This document shows, piece after piece, positions 62,790-64,000 of a stretch of 64,000 nt of DNA. The translations under genes were made by a program, and so were the position numbers. Where the stretch lies: the NCBI RefSeq assembly GCF_006345805.1, contig NC_042997.1:206522001-206586000 (forward strand), written 5' to 3'. The first letter of the stretch is position 1; each line of letters starts with the position of its first letter. Source of the stretch: Octopus sinensis. Taxonomy: Eukaryota. A model generated the notes under the pieces. The model saw only the letters and a list, made by a program, of their open reading frames with translations, was not told where the DNA came from and ran no database searches.

Positions 62790-63205
62790 TGATGCCAGTA
62801 CTCCCTGACTGGCTCCCATGCCGGTGGCACATAAAAAGCACCATCCGAACATGATCAACACCAAGAGTGCTTGACTGGGCACTGTGCTGGTGGCACATAA
62901 TGCACACCATCTAAACATCACTAATGCCAGTAACCACTGACTGGCTTTTGTGCTGGTGGCACATAAAAAGCACTGTCTGAACGTGATCGATGTCAGGCCT
63001 GTATGACTGGCTTCTGTGCCGGTGGCATGTAAAAAGCACCCACTACACTCTTAGAGTAGTTGGCGCTAGGAAGGACATCCAGCTGTAGAAACTCTGCCAG
63101 ATCAAGATTGGAGCCTGGTGCAGCTGCTCGCTCTCCAAATCTCAGTAAAACCATCCAACCATGCCAGTATGGAAAACAGACGTTAAACATTGATGACAAT
63201 GATGA
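62790..63205 (+). mobile_element. RTE/SINE-type 3' fragment
   Basis: ggtggcacataaaaagcacc repeats and GAT tail, as in other copies. Confidence 0.65.
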
Positions 63206-64000
63206 TATCATTTAAAATATTCATATTATATATAATACCTGTATGTATGTATGTATGTATGTATGTATGTATGTATACAGGCATATATACACACACATAC
63301 AGACATACCAACATATTCAGTTCAAAATTATAAATAACATGAAGATGAGATGAAGAAAGGAAAATAGATATAAAAGGGGAAATAGAAATAAAAGTCTTTT
63401 ACATTTCAAACATACACTCTTCTTCAAGAAGAAAAGAAAAGGAAACATAAAATGGAAAGAGAAAACAACAAATATGTCTGAATTGGATTGTCACTGCATG
63501 CTGAAATGACCAGAAGATGAAGAGGTTGCTAAAGGTATAAGTGGCAAGGGGGATAACTGTGTACCTGTTATCTGGGTGTGTGAGCATGTAAATCCTTGCA
63601 TGAGATGAATGTGTGTGTGTATATGCTGTGTATTTGCATGTCTGTATATGTGTGTGTCTGTATAACATTATGTGACATGTGTGTGTGTGTGTGTTGTGTC
63701 AAACTGGATAGAGGTGTTTGGTGGAAGATGGGTGGGGAAAGTGGTAGGTGTTGGGAAGTGTAGGTGTGTTATGACATAGTTGCTGTTATAAGCATGTGGA
63801 TGGGTAGCATGAGGGGTGGGTGGGTGCTATTGTGGGCGAAGAAGAGGAGAAGGAGTGAGTGCGTGTGGATGTGTGTACATGCTGTTTGAATGTGTTGGTG
63901 GGTGTGTGGTGTTGGGTAATGAGTTCACTGCACGGTGTAGAGTAGGTGTGTGTGTGTGGGTGGGTAGATGTTGAGGGGACACTGGGAATGTAAAAGGTGG

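Overview
AT-rich, repeat-dense eukaryotic genomic DNA. Its SINE, RTE, R4/Dong, Penelope and Tc1/mariner repeats and its microsatellites look like octopus or another cephalopod (inference). Almost all long ORFs in the supplied track are transposon remnants or microsatellite artefacts. The host coding sequence lies in short spliced exons that the track mostly misses. Gene B (minus strand) is a macro-PARP (PARP14/PARP15-like mono-ADP-ribosyltransferase) that I assembled by hand from 11 GT-AG exons between 55638 and 9452. They join in one stop-free frame of about 614 aa, open at the 5' end: Macro-linker-Macro-linker-PARP catalytic domain, with no WWE exon seen. Gene A (plus strand, exons 667-3754) is the catalytic end of a second paralog, arranged tail-to-tail as an inverted duplicate of about 3.5 kb. 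In both the duplicated macrodomain modules and the duplicated PARP domains, introns are nearly identical while particular exons are far more divergent, mostly at amino-acid-changing sites. This suggests concerted evolution plus diversifying selection on an innate-immunity-type gene family. The large introns are filled with nested R4/Dong-like LINEs, all antisense to gene B, plus other elements. All counts are manual.
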